From: Candidatus Thorarchaeota archaeon
GTDB taxonomy: Archaea; Asgardarchaeota; Thorarchaeia; Thorarchaeales; Thorarchaeaceae
Assembly: GCA_016839605.1 (NCBI GenBank)
Contig: JAEOTX010000170.1
Span: 1-36,122 of the forward strand
Direction: 5' to 3'
DNA length: 36,122 nucleotides
Within the stretch, counting starts at the first letter, position 1, and each line of letters starts with the position of its first letter. The notes beneath the pieces were generated by a model. That model was not told the DNA's origin. It worked only from the letters and a program-made list of their open reading frames with translations, and ran no database searches. The position numbers and the translations under genes were made by a program. This document shows positions 9,639-18,903 of the stretch, piece after piece.

Positions 9639-10409
9639 TCAGGCTTCCACAAACAATTCGTTCCTGAAAGCAGTGAACAGCACACCTGCAATGATTGCAC
9701 TGATGATTACTGATGCAGTCCGTTCGAGTAGCATGACTGGGAAAATCACAGTCCCGAAGAGAAAAGCGTCAAGCCCGAGGAGGTAGACGGATCCCAGTGT
9801 CATCATCGAGAAGTCTGCCAACGATCCGATGAGGGTCAATGGTAGTATTTGGATGGGGATTCTTGAGAAGGAAGCAGCTGAGTCAAAGCGGAACTTGAAA
9901 GCCTGAAGAACTATTGCTACCAGTGCGGTTAGTGCATATGGTAGGATAAACCACCATGCTTCGTATAATGGTAGCAAGTATAGCAAAATAACAAGCAAGA
10001 TGTAGACTGCAGTTATCAAGGGTCCAGGCACTTTGATCCCCTGAAACTCTGTGATTGGCCGTAGACACAGTCCTGTCAACAGACCAGAGATAGCGGGGCC
10101 TAAGATTATTGTCGGGATTGCAAGATATAGTCCTGCAAATTGGATGGAAACTATTGTTGCCAAGAAACCTGCGATTCCCCCAAAGACAAAGCCATAACGA
10201 GGGCCAAGTACCAGGCCAAACAGGGGTGCAATGCATATAGCGAAGCTCAAAATGCTTCCCGACCCCGCAGGACCTATAAACTGACTCATAGGAAGAACAA
10301 CTGCAATTGCATAAACTGCCGATAGTATGGCACCAACTGCGATAATCTTGGACGAACTAGTCGACCTGAAGGATTCAAGTTCAATCGTTTCGGACTGATC
10401 TTCATTCAT
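9639..10409 (-). CDS. ECF transporter S-component-like membrane protein
   Basis: AILSAVYA...IAPLFGLVLGPRYGFVFG motif, multi-TM, C-terminal ER in MLLERT. Confidence 0.7.
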   Translation of the reverse strand: MNEDQSETIELESFRSTSSSKIIAVGAILSAVYAIAVVLPMSQFIGPAGSGSILSFAICIAPLFGLVLGPRYGFVFGGIAGFLATIVSIQFAGLYLAIPTIILGPAISGLLTGLCLRPITEFQGIKVPGPLITAVYILLVILLYLLPLYEAWWFILPYALTALVAIVLQAFKFRFDSAASFSRIPIQILPLTLIGSLADFSMMTLGSVYLLGLDAFLFGTVIFPVMLLERTASVIISAIIAGVLFTAFRNELFVEA

Positions 10410-10494
10410 ATGTTGACTCCCTCGTATAGCCTATCGGCGGCACTTTGTATGCTTTTCGTGTGTTTGTATCAATGTAATAGAACACATCTAAAGC

Positions 10495-10881
10495 CTATGG
10501 AGCTACGACCTCAGCTTCAATATTCGTAATGACAAAGTCCTTGCCGCCCGTAATCATAGTTGCACTGCTTTGACATTTTGGACACTTCATTGGGGCAAAC
10601 ATGGCAACCTGCGAAGGTATTTCATCCTGTACCTGGGCCTCACCTTCATGGCGGCATTGCTGACATTTGATGCGCCCCCTCACTTTCTTGATGTTCAACC
10701 TAGCACCCTCAAGTATCGTCTTCTTGCTCGCTATCTCAAAGTTGAACTCCAGCTGTTCAGGTATTAGAAAAGTGAACTCGCCCACCTCGACGTTAACAGC
10801 GGTCACCCTCTTCACATCGTGAGTTTCAGCTGCCTGGACTGCGGCCTCTACGATTGAACACGCGGCTGAGAACTCGTGCAT
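10495..10881 (-). CDS. hypA: Hydrogenase nickel metallochaperone HypA
   Basis: MHEFS N-terminus, VGEFT, CQQC...CPKC Zn site, GGKDF. Confidence 0.96.
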   Translation of the reverse strand: MHEFSAACSIVEAAVQAAETHDVKRVTAVNVEVGEFTFLIPEQLEFNFEIASKKTILEGARLNIKKVRGRIKCQQCRHEGEAQVQDEIPSQVAMFAPMKCPKCQSSATMITGGKDFVITNIEAEVVAP

Positions 10882-10965
10882 GCTATGATACTCCTGTCTT
10901 CGGACTGTTTGCTGATTGTTAAGGCGTTTTTGATGTGGTAGGTTCAGTCAAAACAGTCAAGTAGG

Positions 10966-11586
10966 ATGTTCCGCACCAGAAATCATCACCTCAGGGGAAT
11001 GGAGAGAGTGTCCAAAGCTTCTAAGTCCAAGAAGACAACTAAGAAGAAAGCAACAAAGACGGGTACATCGAAGCAGAAGAAGAGCGCAGCAAGCACAAAG
11101 ACAAAGAAGACTGAGAAGAAAACTGCAGCGAAGAAGAAGCCTACTCCCAAGAAAGCCAAAGCAACCAAGAAGAAAGCTGCCAAAAAACCTACTAAGAAAG
11201 TGAGGAAGAAGACTGCAAAGAAGGATTCATCCATTTTGGACGAACTGGCAAAAGAAATCCAGAGCAATGACGAACAAATAGCTATGGGAGCAATCGAACG
11301 TCTAGGGACACTTCAAGACAAGCGTGCCACTGGAGTGCTTGTACAGGCACTTGGCGATTCACGGTATATGGTACGGATACACGTAGCAGCACAACTTGGC
11401 GAGCGTAGGGATAAGACATCAGTAGGTCCACTGATTGATGCACTTAAAGACAAGTCGTTGTTTGTTAGGCAGACTGTGGCAGGAGCCCTAGAGAATATAG
11501 GTGGCAAGAAGGCTACTGATGCCGTGAAGACTGCAGAGTCTAAAGGCATGCTACTAGACGAATTACCTGAAGGTGTTCGGCTATAG
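10966..11586 (+). CDS. HEAT (PBS-lyase-like) repeat protein with a Lys/Ala/Thr-rich N-terminal tail (start probably 10999 or 11008)
   Basis: About 70 residues of KKTAAKKKPTPKKAK-type sequence, then 3 HEAT units (LVQALGDSRYMVRIHVAAQLG; LIDALKDKSLFVRQTVAGALE). Confidence 0.8.
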   Translation: MFRTRNHHLRGMERVSKASKSKKTTKKKATKTGTSKQKKSAASTKTKKTEKKTAAKKKPTPKKAKATKKKAAKKPTKKVRKKTAKKDSSILDELAKEIQSNDEQIAMGAIERLGTLQDKRATGVLVQALGDSRYMVRIHVAAQLGERRDKTSVGPLIDALKDKSLFVRQTVAGALENIGGKKATDAVKTAESKGMLLDELPEGVRL

Positions 11587-11672
11587 AAACGAGATGGGGG
11601 ATTTGAGCGAATTTCGCTTATATTGAATGGTCATATCTGAAAAGATGCGCATAACACGGAGCGATTTAGGAA

Positions 11673-12188
11673 ATGAATGACCCTGATGAGATTAAGAAGA
11701 TAGAAATTGCGATCAAGGAATTAGACCTTGACTTTATGCGCGGATTGCTGTCTGAAGATGAATACAATAGAAAGACTGGCAATCTAAGAGTACAGTTGAG
11801 AGAGGCAGGAGGAGTACCTACAGGTCTCTCAGAGGCACGTGAAGCACTTACACCTACACCTTCCATAAAGCCCGCAATGACGGACCCGGTCACTGCAGTC
11901 AAGAAGACCGTTCAGGCAATGCGCCGAATCTCAATAGAACGAATCGCTCAGGATTCGGGTATCAGCGCCATGAACGTCACGCGTATCCTAAGTGACCTCT
12001 TGGATGGACGCGAATTGTCTGGCAGGATTGACCATGATGCAGGAGACTTCGTTCTTGGGACTGGGACTGGCCCACCTCCGAAGACAATTGGTGCTTGTCC
12101 CTACTGCAAGAGCGATTTGGAACGAATTGCAGTGAAGGGAGAAACAATCACCTGTACCATGTGCCGAGAGTCATTCATCGTGTCTTAG
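11673..12188 (+). CDS. PCI-type winged-helix + C-terminal Zn-ribbon protein
   Basis: RISIERIAQDSGISAMNVTRILSDLLDGRELSGRIDHDAG fits the PCI winged-helix pattern; CPYC...CTMC. Confidence 0.65.
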   Translation: MNDPDEIKKIEIAIKELDLDFMRGLLSEDEYNRKTGNLRVQLREAGGVPTGLSEAREALTPTPSIKPAMTDPVTAVKKTVQAMRRISIERIAQDSGISAMNVTRILSDLLDGRELSGRIDHDAGDFVLGTGTGPPPKTIGACPYCKSDLERIAVKGETITCTMCRESFIVS

Positions 12189-12263
12189 ATGAAGGGTATT
12201 GGAATCAATGGATTTCTGAAGAGATAAGTGCGTTAGAGCTATATCCAATTCAGGTGTTTCTAG

Positions 12264-13532
12264 ATGACTCTCTTCAAGGCGTGTTTGACTGGTGATGAGC
12301 CTGGAGCAGCATCCCATGTCAGCGAGATGGTGTCGAAGAGTCAGCCATCAGCCATCTGGGCGATTTTAATGCATGCCGCTGCCTGGAATGAACAACGCGA
12401 CTTTGATACTCCTCACTCTACTATCATAACTCACTCAATTCACCGAATGATTCAGGAACTTGGACCCAATCCTGATGTCTTAGCAGTAAAGCCTCCCACT
12501 CCCAAGCTTAAGACACCGAATGACCTTGTCGAACCTCTGCAAAAGGCACTCCTCGAACGCCTGGCATTGCATCTAGCAGCAATTGATCACTGGATTAAGG
12601 ACCGTGGACCCAGATACAATGTTGACACTAGACTCGATTCTTTAGATATGACCATGCGCAACTACACTCAGTCGGTCAGGAAACAAGCACACATGAGTGC
12701 ACTCAGTTTTGCACTACGACTTGGAAGCCGTGATGATCCTATTCGACTCCGACGTACGACCGCATCTCTAGCAGCAGAAGACGCCGATAACATTGGGCAC
12801 GCCTTCATCATGCCAGTTTCTCTAGTTACCGAACTCCCACAATCTAACTACAAACTCCCGTATCAGGCGGCTTTATGGCATCTAACAGAGTTTCTTGTCA
12901 GAAAGGTGCCAAGAAAGCAACCTGATGGGTTCAAAGTAGATGATCAGATGGAGAAGATGGCCTCACCGACGAGCCTATCGAAGCATAAGAACCTCGTGGC
13001 CACATCCATTGTTGAGTACGGAATTCTTGGGCACAACGGGATTTTGGCACAAAGAATAGCCTCTGCAGCAGAAACAGGGCTTGTACATAGTTACACTGTT
13101 GATTGGTTGCTAGATAGATTGAAGCAGAACGTCAAAACGAAGCCTCTAACCACACAGCAATTATCTGTTGATAAAATCATAAAGAAGAAATCAGGGACTG
13201 ACTGGGACCAGCTACCGAGTGGCATAGACCTGCCGAACTCAGGAAAGGTCAGACTATGGCTGGTCAAGAACGCCACTGACTACTGGGACAAAATGATGGA
13301 ATTGAAGTCAGATGTCTTTGAGAAGATAATCCCTGATATATCAAAGAAGGACTGGCCCGTTGTGAGAGCAGCGCAGTATGCTATGTCTGCCCTTAACGGA
13401 TCACCTAGAGCATCACATGTCATCATCTTCACTCAGGCAGTCTGGTCATTAGCCGAACAGGGACTGATTGACAACTCTCTTGCTGCTCTTCAGGTTCACA
13501 GAATGCTGAAGCAATATCTCAAGGGCAGGTAG
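12264..13532 (+). CDS. Hypothetical alpha-helical protein with repeated HxxI motifs
   Basis: 422-aa ORF with PHSTII, IGHAFI, LGHNGI and ASHVII. Confidence 0.7.
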   Translation: MTLFKACLTGDEPGAASHVSEMVSKSQPSAIWAILMHAAAWNEQRDFDTPHSTIITHSIHRMIQELGPNPDVLAVKPPTPKLKTPNDLVEPLQKALLERLALHLAAIDHWIKDRGPRYNVDTRLDSLDMTMRNYTQSVRKQAHMSALSFALRLGSRDDPIRLRRTTASLAAEDADNIGHAFIMPVSLVTELPQSNYKLPYQAALWHLTEFLVRKVPRKQPDGFKVDDQMEKMASPTSLSKHKNLVATSIVEYGILGHNGILAQRIASAAETGLVHSYTVDWLLDRLKQNVKTKPLTTQQLSVDKIIKKKSGTDWDQLPSGIDLPNSGKVRLWLVKNATDYWDKMMELKSDVFEKIIPDISKKDWPVVRAAQYAMSALNGSPRASHVIIFTQAVWSLAEQGLIDNSLAALQVHRMLKQYLKGR

Positions 13533-13537
13533 TGTTG

Positions 13538-14089
13538 TCAGACCTTCTCGTATTGGAGCACATTCTCCTCTTGAAGAATGAGTCTGAACAGACCTGACTT
13601 CTCAACCGTCGCCTTACATCCCTCAGGAGAGGCATGATCAATGAGGAAGACTAGTTTTCCTGAAGGCTGCAATGTCCTGTGCATTTCCTTCATAAGGCCG
13701 ATCTTATCATCTATCCATGTGTACACATCGATGAGAAGCGCAAAGTCAAGATGATTATCAGGAAGACCTGTAGCCAGATCAGATTCAATTGTTTCAACGT
13801 TTGAGAGACCTTCTTTCTTGGCTCGTTCCTTGACCCGTTCAATGGCGAGGGGATGAATATCTAGTGCATAGACCCTTCCAGACTCTCCGACAAGCCTTGC
13901 TGTGGGGACGGTGTAGCTTCCAATGCCGCATCCATAATCCAAGACATGATGCCCGTCCTCAATTCCAAGCGCACTTACGAATTCTGCAGGTTTCCTGAAT
14001 CTTTCACGAAACCGAAGATACCATGCCATCACGCGATAGCTTGTGTTCGACGTGTGCGGTCGATTTGTGGCTGTACTCATTGTTTTCAC
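13538..14089 (-). CDS. Class I SAM-dependent methyltransferase
   Basis: Motif I VLDYGCGIG, VYALDIHP, LQPSGKL. Confidence 0.92.
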   Translation of the reverse strand: MKTMSTATNRPHTSNTSYRVMAWYLRFRERFRKPAEFVSALGIEDGHHVLDYGCGIGSYTVPTARLVGESGRVYALDIHPLAIERVKERAKKEGLSNVETIESDLATGLPDNHLDFALLIDVYTWIDDKIGLMKEMHRTLQPSGKLVFLIDHASPEGCKATVEKSGLFRLILQEENVLQYEKV

Positions 14090-14137
14090 TATATAATACT
14101 TTAAAATCTGAAGTATTTAAGTTTCAAAGTGTGAAGC

Positions 14138-14154
14138 TGGAAAGTCACTTTCCA
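14138..14154. promoter_or_regulatory. Perfect inverted repeat TGGAAAGT-C-ACTTTCCA upstream of the methyltransferase promoter
   Basis: 8-bp arms with a 1-nt spacer, about 17 bp upstream of a minus-strand CTTAAATA box. Confidence 0.45.
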
Positions 14155-14175
14155 AATATGAAGTAATAGAAATCA

Positions 14176-14207
14176 GAGAAAAGAAGGGAGAGGACTCTAG
14201 CCTCTCC
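14176..14207 (-). terminator. Putative terminator of tfrAB
   Basis: GGAGAGG/CCTCTCC stem (14187-14207) followed on the minus strand by CTTCTTTTCTC. Confidence 0.55.
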
Positions 14208-14214
14208 TCAATCT

Positions 14215-15780
14215 CTATGCATCGCCCTTTCTGTAAGACTCAGCCAGAAGATCAGGGATGTAGCGGACTTTCATCCCAGTCGAGCTTTCCTTCATCATGT
14301 CGTTGAGCTGAATAGTGCAGAACGGGCACTCGGTCGTGACCATGTCAGCACCTGTGGCCTCTATGTACTCCTTCCTTGTAGTGGCAATCTTTTGAGAGAG
14401 CTCACGTTGTCCTGCACGGACTCCACCACCAGCACCACAACATCGATTCTTGTATGGATCCTCAATGTATTCCACACCTGGAATCAGTTTGAGAACCTCA
14501 ATAGGCTCATCAAAAACATGCTGACCCCTACCCAAGTGGCAGGGCTCATGATAGGTGACTTTCATCTTGATTTCACCCTTTGGTGGAACTATATTCTCCT
14601 TACCGATCACATGAATCATGTACTCAGCCATATCATATACCTTGTATAGGGGTGGTTCACCACGCTCTTCCTCAATGAAAGGGCGATGGTCTTCACGTAG
14701 TGTTTTACCACATCCAGCACATGCAACAACTACTGTGTCACAGTCATACTTCTTACAGGCCTCCTCAAAAATCTCAGTGACTCTTCGCGCTGCAGCATGA
14801 GCGGTATTGAGATCACCAGTCCTGAAGGCTGGACTCGCACAACACCATTGTTCCTTTGGAACGACTACATCAATGTTGTTTCTATTGAGGACGTCAATCA
14901 ATGCTTTTCCAGTATTCTGCATCCTGTAGTCAATAAGACATCCTGTGAAGAAAGCAACTCGACCATTTGGGTTATCAACAAAGAATTCTTCGGTTTCGAT
15001 GGCTTTCAATAGTGGAGGATTCTTTTCAGGTACTGCTCTACCCGTCTTGTTGATTTGATCGACAAATCCTTGTTGACCCTCAGCCAGCGGATAGCCTGCT
15101 TCAACGGCCTTTGCCCGTAGAAGCTCGACTGCCAAGGCGGGGATTTTGATTTTCTTTGGGCAGATGTCCTCACACATCTTGCAAGTGGTACAGCTGTAGA
15201 TTGACTCGTTCATGGCCATAGCCACACGGTCTTCAACATCACGTGGGTCAAGCTCGAGCCTAGCAAGCTGACGAATTATCATTGGTCCCGGATAGTCCCA
15301 TGTTTCGTGAACAATTGGGCAATTTGACAAGCACGCACTACATTCGATACATTTGCGTATCTCTCGAACCTTCTCAATCTCTTCAGCATGAATAATCTCA
15401 GGTCGCTCTGGCTTCTTGTCACGTGCAACATAGGGTCGGATTCGCCTAAGTCTGAATGTGGTCTGTGCCATGTCAACGACCAGATCCTTGATGACGGGCA
15501 TCTTCTCCAAGGGCTCTAGAACTAGCTCTTCGTCTGGTTCGACCTTGGTTCTGCAGGCAATCCGTGCAATGGTGTTCACCTTTACTGCGCAAGAACCACA
15601 CTGGCCACCTCTACACTCCCAACGGAAAGCCAGGCTGGAGTCAAACTTGTCCTGAATGAAAAGCAGAGCATCTAGGACTGTCATTCCAGGCTCATACTCG
15701 ACATCGAAGTCTTGGAAATAGGGCTCATTGTCAGAATCCGGGTTATATCTTAGAACCTTTGTCTTGATTGTCTTTGTCAA
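14215..15780 (-). CDS. tfrB: Thiol:fumarate reductase subunit B (SdhB-like Fe-S domain fused to HdrD-like CCG domains)
   Basis: 2Fe-2S motif CRGGQCGSC...C, two 4Fe-4S motifs (CIECSACLSNCP, CTTCKMCEDICP), CCG motifs (WCCAS, RCCGAGGG, CPFC). TTG start at 15780 after GGAGGTG. Confidence 0.85.
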   Translation of the reverse strand: MTKTIKTKVLRYNPDSDNEPYFQDFDVEYEPGMTVLDALLFIQDKFDSSLAFRWECRGGQCGSCAVKVNTIARIACRTKVEPDEELVLEPLEKMPVIKDLVVDMAQTTFRLRRIRPYVARDKKPERPEIIHAEEIEKVREIRKCIECSACLSNCPIVHETWDYPGPMIIRQLARLELDPRDVEDRVAMAMNESIYSCTTCKMCEDICPKKIKIPALAVELLRAKAVEAGYPLAEGQQGFVDQINKTGRAVPEKNPPLLKAIETEEFFVDNPNGRVAFFTGCLIDYRMQNTGKALIDVLNRNNIDVVVPKEQWCCASPAFRTGDLNTAHAAARRVTEIFEEACKKYDCDTVVVACAGCGKTLREDHRPFIEEERGEPPLYKVYDMAEYMIHVIGKENIVPPKGEIKMKVTYHEPCHLGRGQHVFDEPIEVLKLIPGVEYIEDPYKNRCCGAGGGVRAGQRELSQKIATTRKEYIEATGADMVTTECPFCTIQLNDMMKESSTGMKVRYIPDLLAESYRKGDA

Positions 15781-15793
15781 TTCTTGGCACCTC

Positions 15794-17482
15794 CTATGGG
15801 GGTATGATCTTGGTGATAACGAGGTCTTCCTTTCGAAGTTCCATCTTGCCGTCTTCGCCCTTCCGAATGACGATATTGTAATAGCCCTTATCATTGGGGT
15901 CGGCGTCCACACGGTAGTGTGCGCCCCTACTGCCCTTACGTATCACTGCAGCTTCGGCCACCATTCGAGCTGTCATCACCATATGCTCGAACTCCATCGC
16001 CTGATGCCACCCCGGGTTGAACCGTTTGACTCGCACGTCTACCTTGATGTTTGGAACGACATCCTTCTCAATTCGACGGAGCTCCTTGACCGCGTATTGC
16101 ATGTCTTCTTCTTTTCTGAAGATTTGGACCTTCTCCCACATCAGCTTCGTTAGTTCATCTCTCGCGTCTGCTGGGGATATACCTTCCTTGCGTTCTAGCA
16201 TGGCCTCCAGTTTCTCAAACTCTTTTACAATCACATCTTGATTGATGCCTGTGTGGGTGTTCTCCTTTGCAAAATTGGCTGCACTCTCACCAGAGAGGGC
16301 GCCATAGACTTGAGTGTCAGCCAGAGCGTTACCACCTAGTCTGTTTCCGCCATGCACTCCACCAGTGCACTCACCTGACGCGTATAAGCCAGGAATGTTG
16401 GTTCCAGACTCCTCGTCTATCTTGATGCCGCCCATGAAGTGGTGGCATGTCGGTGACACCTGCATTGGCTCCTCCCGGATGTCCACTCCAGCATCCTCGA
16501 ACTGCTCAATCATGCTCTCAAGTCGAAACTCCACTATGGACTTCGGGAGGTGTGCTATGCTCAGGTAGACTCCGCCATCTGGTGAGCCTCGGCCTTCAAC
16601 GACTTCGGTCATGATGGAACGTGCTACTTGGTCTCTTCCAGCCAGCTCCATGACTTCGGGGTAGTAGTTCTTCATGAAACGTTCACCCTTATTGTTTAGG
16701 AGAATTCCGCCTTCACCTCTTACAGCTTCAGTGACAAGTCGTCCTTTCGCGGATGGTGGTGCGCATTGTCCCGTCGGATGGAATTGTATCATTTCCATGT
16801 CGATGAGTTCACAGCCGGCTTCGTAGGCCATTCCATAACCATCACCTACATCCAGCTGAGCGTTGCTTGTGACCTCGTAGATTCGTCCCGCTCCACCGGT
16901 CGCCATGACCACAGACTTGGCACGGAACACAAGATAGTCACCGTATTTCAGATCGATAGCGGTGACCCCTGCCACCCTTCCTTCCTCAACCAGAATCTTG
17001 GTGGCAAACACCTCATCGAAGACACGAACTGAGGTCTTCCTTATGGCCTCTGTCAGTGTAACCATGATTTCAGAACCAGTCCTGTCTGAGGCATATGCTG
17101 TGCGCCTCCATGACTGCTTGCCGAAGGGTCTCTGAGCAATCTTCCCCTCAGGGGTCCTGTCAAAAACTGCGCCATATTCCTCAAGGTCGAAAACTCTCTC
17201 AGAGGCATCGCGTACCAGAATCTCAGCGAGTTTCTGATTATTCAGGTAATTGCCTCCTACGATTGTGTCCTTGAAGTGGGTCTCAGGATTGTCGTCAGGG
17301 TCCACATTCCCAAGTGATACATTATAGCCACCCTCGGCCATAGCTGTATGAGCCTTACCGAGGAGCTCCTTACTCAGCATGATAACATCCAGATTGTGCG
17401 AGGCTGCCTCAATGGCTGCACGGCATCCTGCACCGCCAGCACCAACAACGAGAACATCGCACATAATCGTCTTGTAGTTCAA
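15794..17482 (-). CDS. tfrA: Thiol:fumarate reductase flavoprotein subunit A
   Basis: FAD motif VVGAGGAG, AHTAMAEGG, QFHPTG, TEAVRGEG, HHFMGG, HGGNRLGGNAL, SRGAHYR. Confidence 0.88.
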   Translation of the reverse strand: MNYKTIMCDVLVVGAGGAGCRAAIEAASHNLDVIMLSKELLGKAHTAMAEGGYNVSLGNVDPDDNPETHFKDTIVGGNYLNNQKLAEILVRDASERVFDLEEYGAVFDRTPEGKIAQRPFGKQSWRRTAYASDRTGSEIMVTLTEAIRKTSVRVFDEVFATKILVEEGRVAGVTAIDLKYGDYLVFRAKSVVMATGGAGRIYEVTSNAQLDVGDGYGMAYEAGCELIDMEMIQFHPTGQCAPPSAKGRLVTEAVRGEGGILLNNKGERFMKNYYPEVMELAGRDQVARSIMTEVVEGRGSPDGGVYLSIAHLPKSIVEFRLESMIEQFEDAGVDIREEPMQVSPTCHHFMGGIKIDEESGTNIPGLYASGECTGGVHGGNRLGGNALADTQVYGALSGESAANFAKENTHTGINQDVIVKEFEKLEAMLERKEGISPADARDELTKLMWEKVQIFRKEEDMQYAVKELRRIEKDVVPNIKVDVRVKRFNPGWHQAMEFEHMVMTARMVAEAAVIRKGSRGAHYRVDADPNDKGYYNIVIRKGEDGKMELRKEDLVITKIIPP

Positions 17483-17520
17483 CTACAGTCCTCCGATGGA
17501 AAGGGCTCTCCGAGCCTGAC

Positions 17521-17540
17521 CGGTCGGCACGTGGCGACCG
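17521..17540. promoter_or_regulatory. 20-bp palindrome between the TATA box and RBS of tfrA
   Basis: CGGTCGGCACGTGGCGACCG, one mismatched pair, abutting the minus-strand AAGTCTTAAA promoter box. Confidence 0.5.
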
Positions 17541-17717
17541 TTTAAGACTTACTGTTGGGGTTAGTGAGGAAACATCCCGTGTAAGAATCCAATTTTGGAT
17601 AGAGAGGATTCATTAGTTGGCTTGGCGCCTATCAGCTGTGCAAGAAATCACACAAGTTACTCGAAAAGTAACCACTATATGTGAATAATACATACTGCTT
17701 GAAGTCATCAGGGGTGC

Positions 17718-17825
17718 ATGAGAATGGATTCGGAGGATCTCCTTCTAGTCATCGCGATGCTGGTGATACTAGTGGTGGCACTCTACGGAATTTCAGTGCC
17801 AATAATCGCAGCATTGGGGACATAA
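17718..17825 (+). CDS. Unannotated 35-aa single-TM microprotein MRMDSEDLLLVIAMLVILVVALYGISVPIIAALGT
   Basis: GGGGTG SD-like motif before ATG, 28-residue hydrophobic run, fills an otherwise empty intergenic gap. Confidence 0.6.
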   Translation: MRMDSEDLLLVIAMLVILVVALYGISVPIIAALGT

Positions 17826-17909
17826 TCTAGGAAACAGAATGAGGGCGAGGATTCAATGAAAAGGCCACCCACCGTCTGTGGCGCTTTAGAATATCACGCA
17901 AAGCCCCAA

Positions 17910-18236
17910 CTACTTCGGGTCTTCAACTACTTCTCCTGTTTGTGTCAAGTATATGACATCGAGCGAACGAATGTATTGGTCGGGTAGCATTCTGAGTGCG
18001 TTCATGAACCCATGCCAGTCCGTGAGCGTCTTTGGGTCGTCGAACTCGATTCCCTTCAAGAGCTTCGATATGTTTTCTACCTCAGCATGATGACTTGGAT
18101 GGATATATCGAATTCTGTATTCTGTGCTTTCGGGATAATAGAGAGCAACATCAAGTGTGAGCTCGGGATTTGCATTATACACAATCTGGACGATTTTCCT
18201 CAATGAGAGACCTCGCTGAAACCCAACTATTAACAT
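17910..18236 (-). CDS. Hypothetical protein
   Basis: 108-aa ORF with plausible globular composition downstream of the fumarate hydratase genes. Confidence 0.6.
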   Translation of the reverse strand: MLIVGFQRGLSLRKIVQIVYNANPELTLDVALYYPESTEYRIRYIHPSHHAEVENISKLLKGIEFDDPKTLTDWHGFMNALRMLPDQYIRSLDVIYLTQTGEVVEDPK

Positions 18237-18293
18237 CTACATTGTGGGGAATATGTGTTTCCAATGTAAAAGCCCTTGCCATAATGCCATTGC

Positions 18294-18902
18294 TTAGTCC
18301 TTTATGCCAATCTTAGCATAGACTTCTGCTTTGCGCGCTGACACTCTATCATCCATTACCTTGTGTAAGCTCCCACCATGAGAGTCCATCGTAACAAGCA
18401 ATGGACCAAACTTCTCTGCGGTTATGACCCAAAGAGCCTCTGGCATGCCTAGGTCGCTCCACTCGTAGGCGCGTACTTCTTTCAGTCCCTTTGCAGCAAG
18501 AGCACCACACCCACCGGTGAAGCTGCAATAGACTGCACCAACCTCCTTGAGTGCTGCGAGTGTCTTCTCACCCATACCTCCCTTCCCAATGATGACTCGG
18601 GCTTTGTACTTTCGGAGAAATTCGTCCTCAAAGAGTTCCATTCTGATGCTTGTGGTGGGGCCAGCAGAAACTATCTGCCACTTGCCGCCCTTCTGCCATG
18701 CCACAGGTCCTACATGATAGACAACACTGCCCTCAAAGTCCACAGGAGGTGCTTCTCCTTTCTCATACATGTGTAGGGCACGCTCATGGGCCTCATCACG
18801 TGCGGTGTAAACATGCTCACCACTGACGTAAATCACATCACCGACTTTGAGCTTCCGTGCGTCTTCTTCCGAGATTGGTGTCGTAAAGTGATATTCAGCC
18901 AT
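18294..18902 (-). CDS. Fe-S type fumarate hydratase beta subunit (FumA C-terminal/TtdB family)
   Basis: YTARDEAH, SAGPTTSIRM, IGKGGM, DLGMPEA, MDSHG. Confidence 0.93.
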   Translation of the reverse strand: MAEYHFTTPISEEDARKLKVGDVIYVSGEHVYTARDEAHERALHMYEKGEAPPVDFEGSVVYHVGPVAWQKGGKWQIVSAGPTTSIRMELFEDEFLRKYKARVIIGKGGMGEKTLAALKEVGAVYCSFTGGCGALAAKGLKEVRAYEWSDLGMPEALWVITAEKFGPLLVTMDSHGGSLHKVMDDRVSARKAEVYAKIGIKD

Positions 18903-18903
18903 T

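Noticed and set aside
15781-15912. N-terminal extension of TfrB
   Set aside because: Overlaps the tfrA 3' end; a strong SD precedes TTG 15780.
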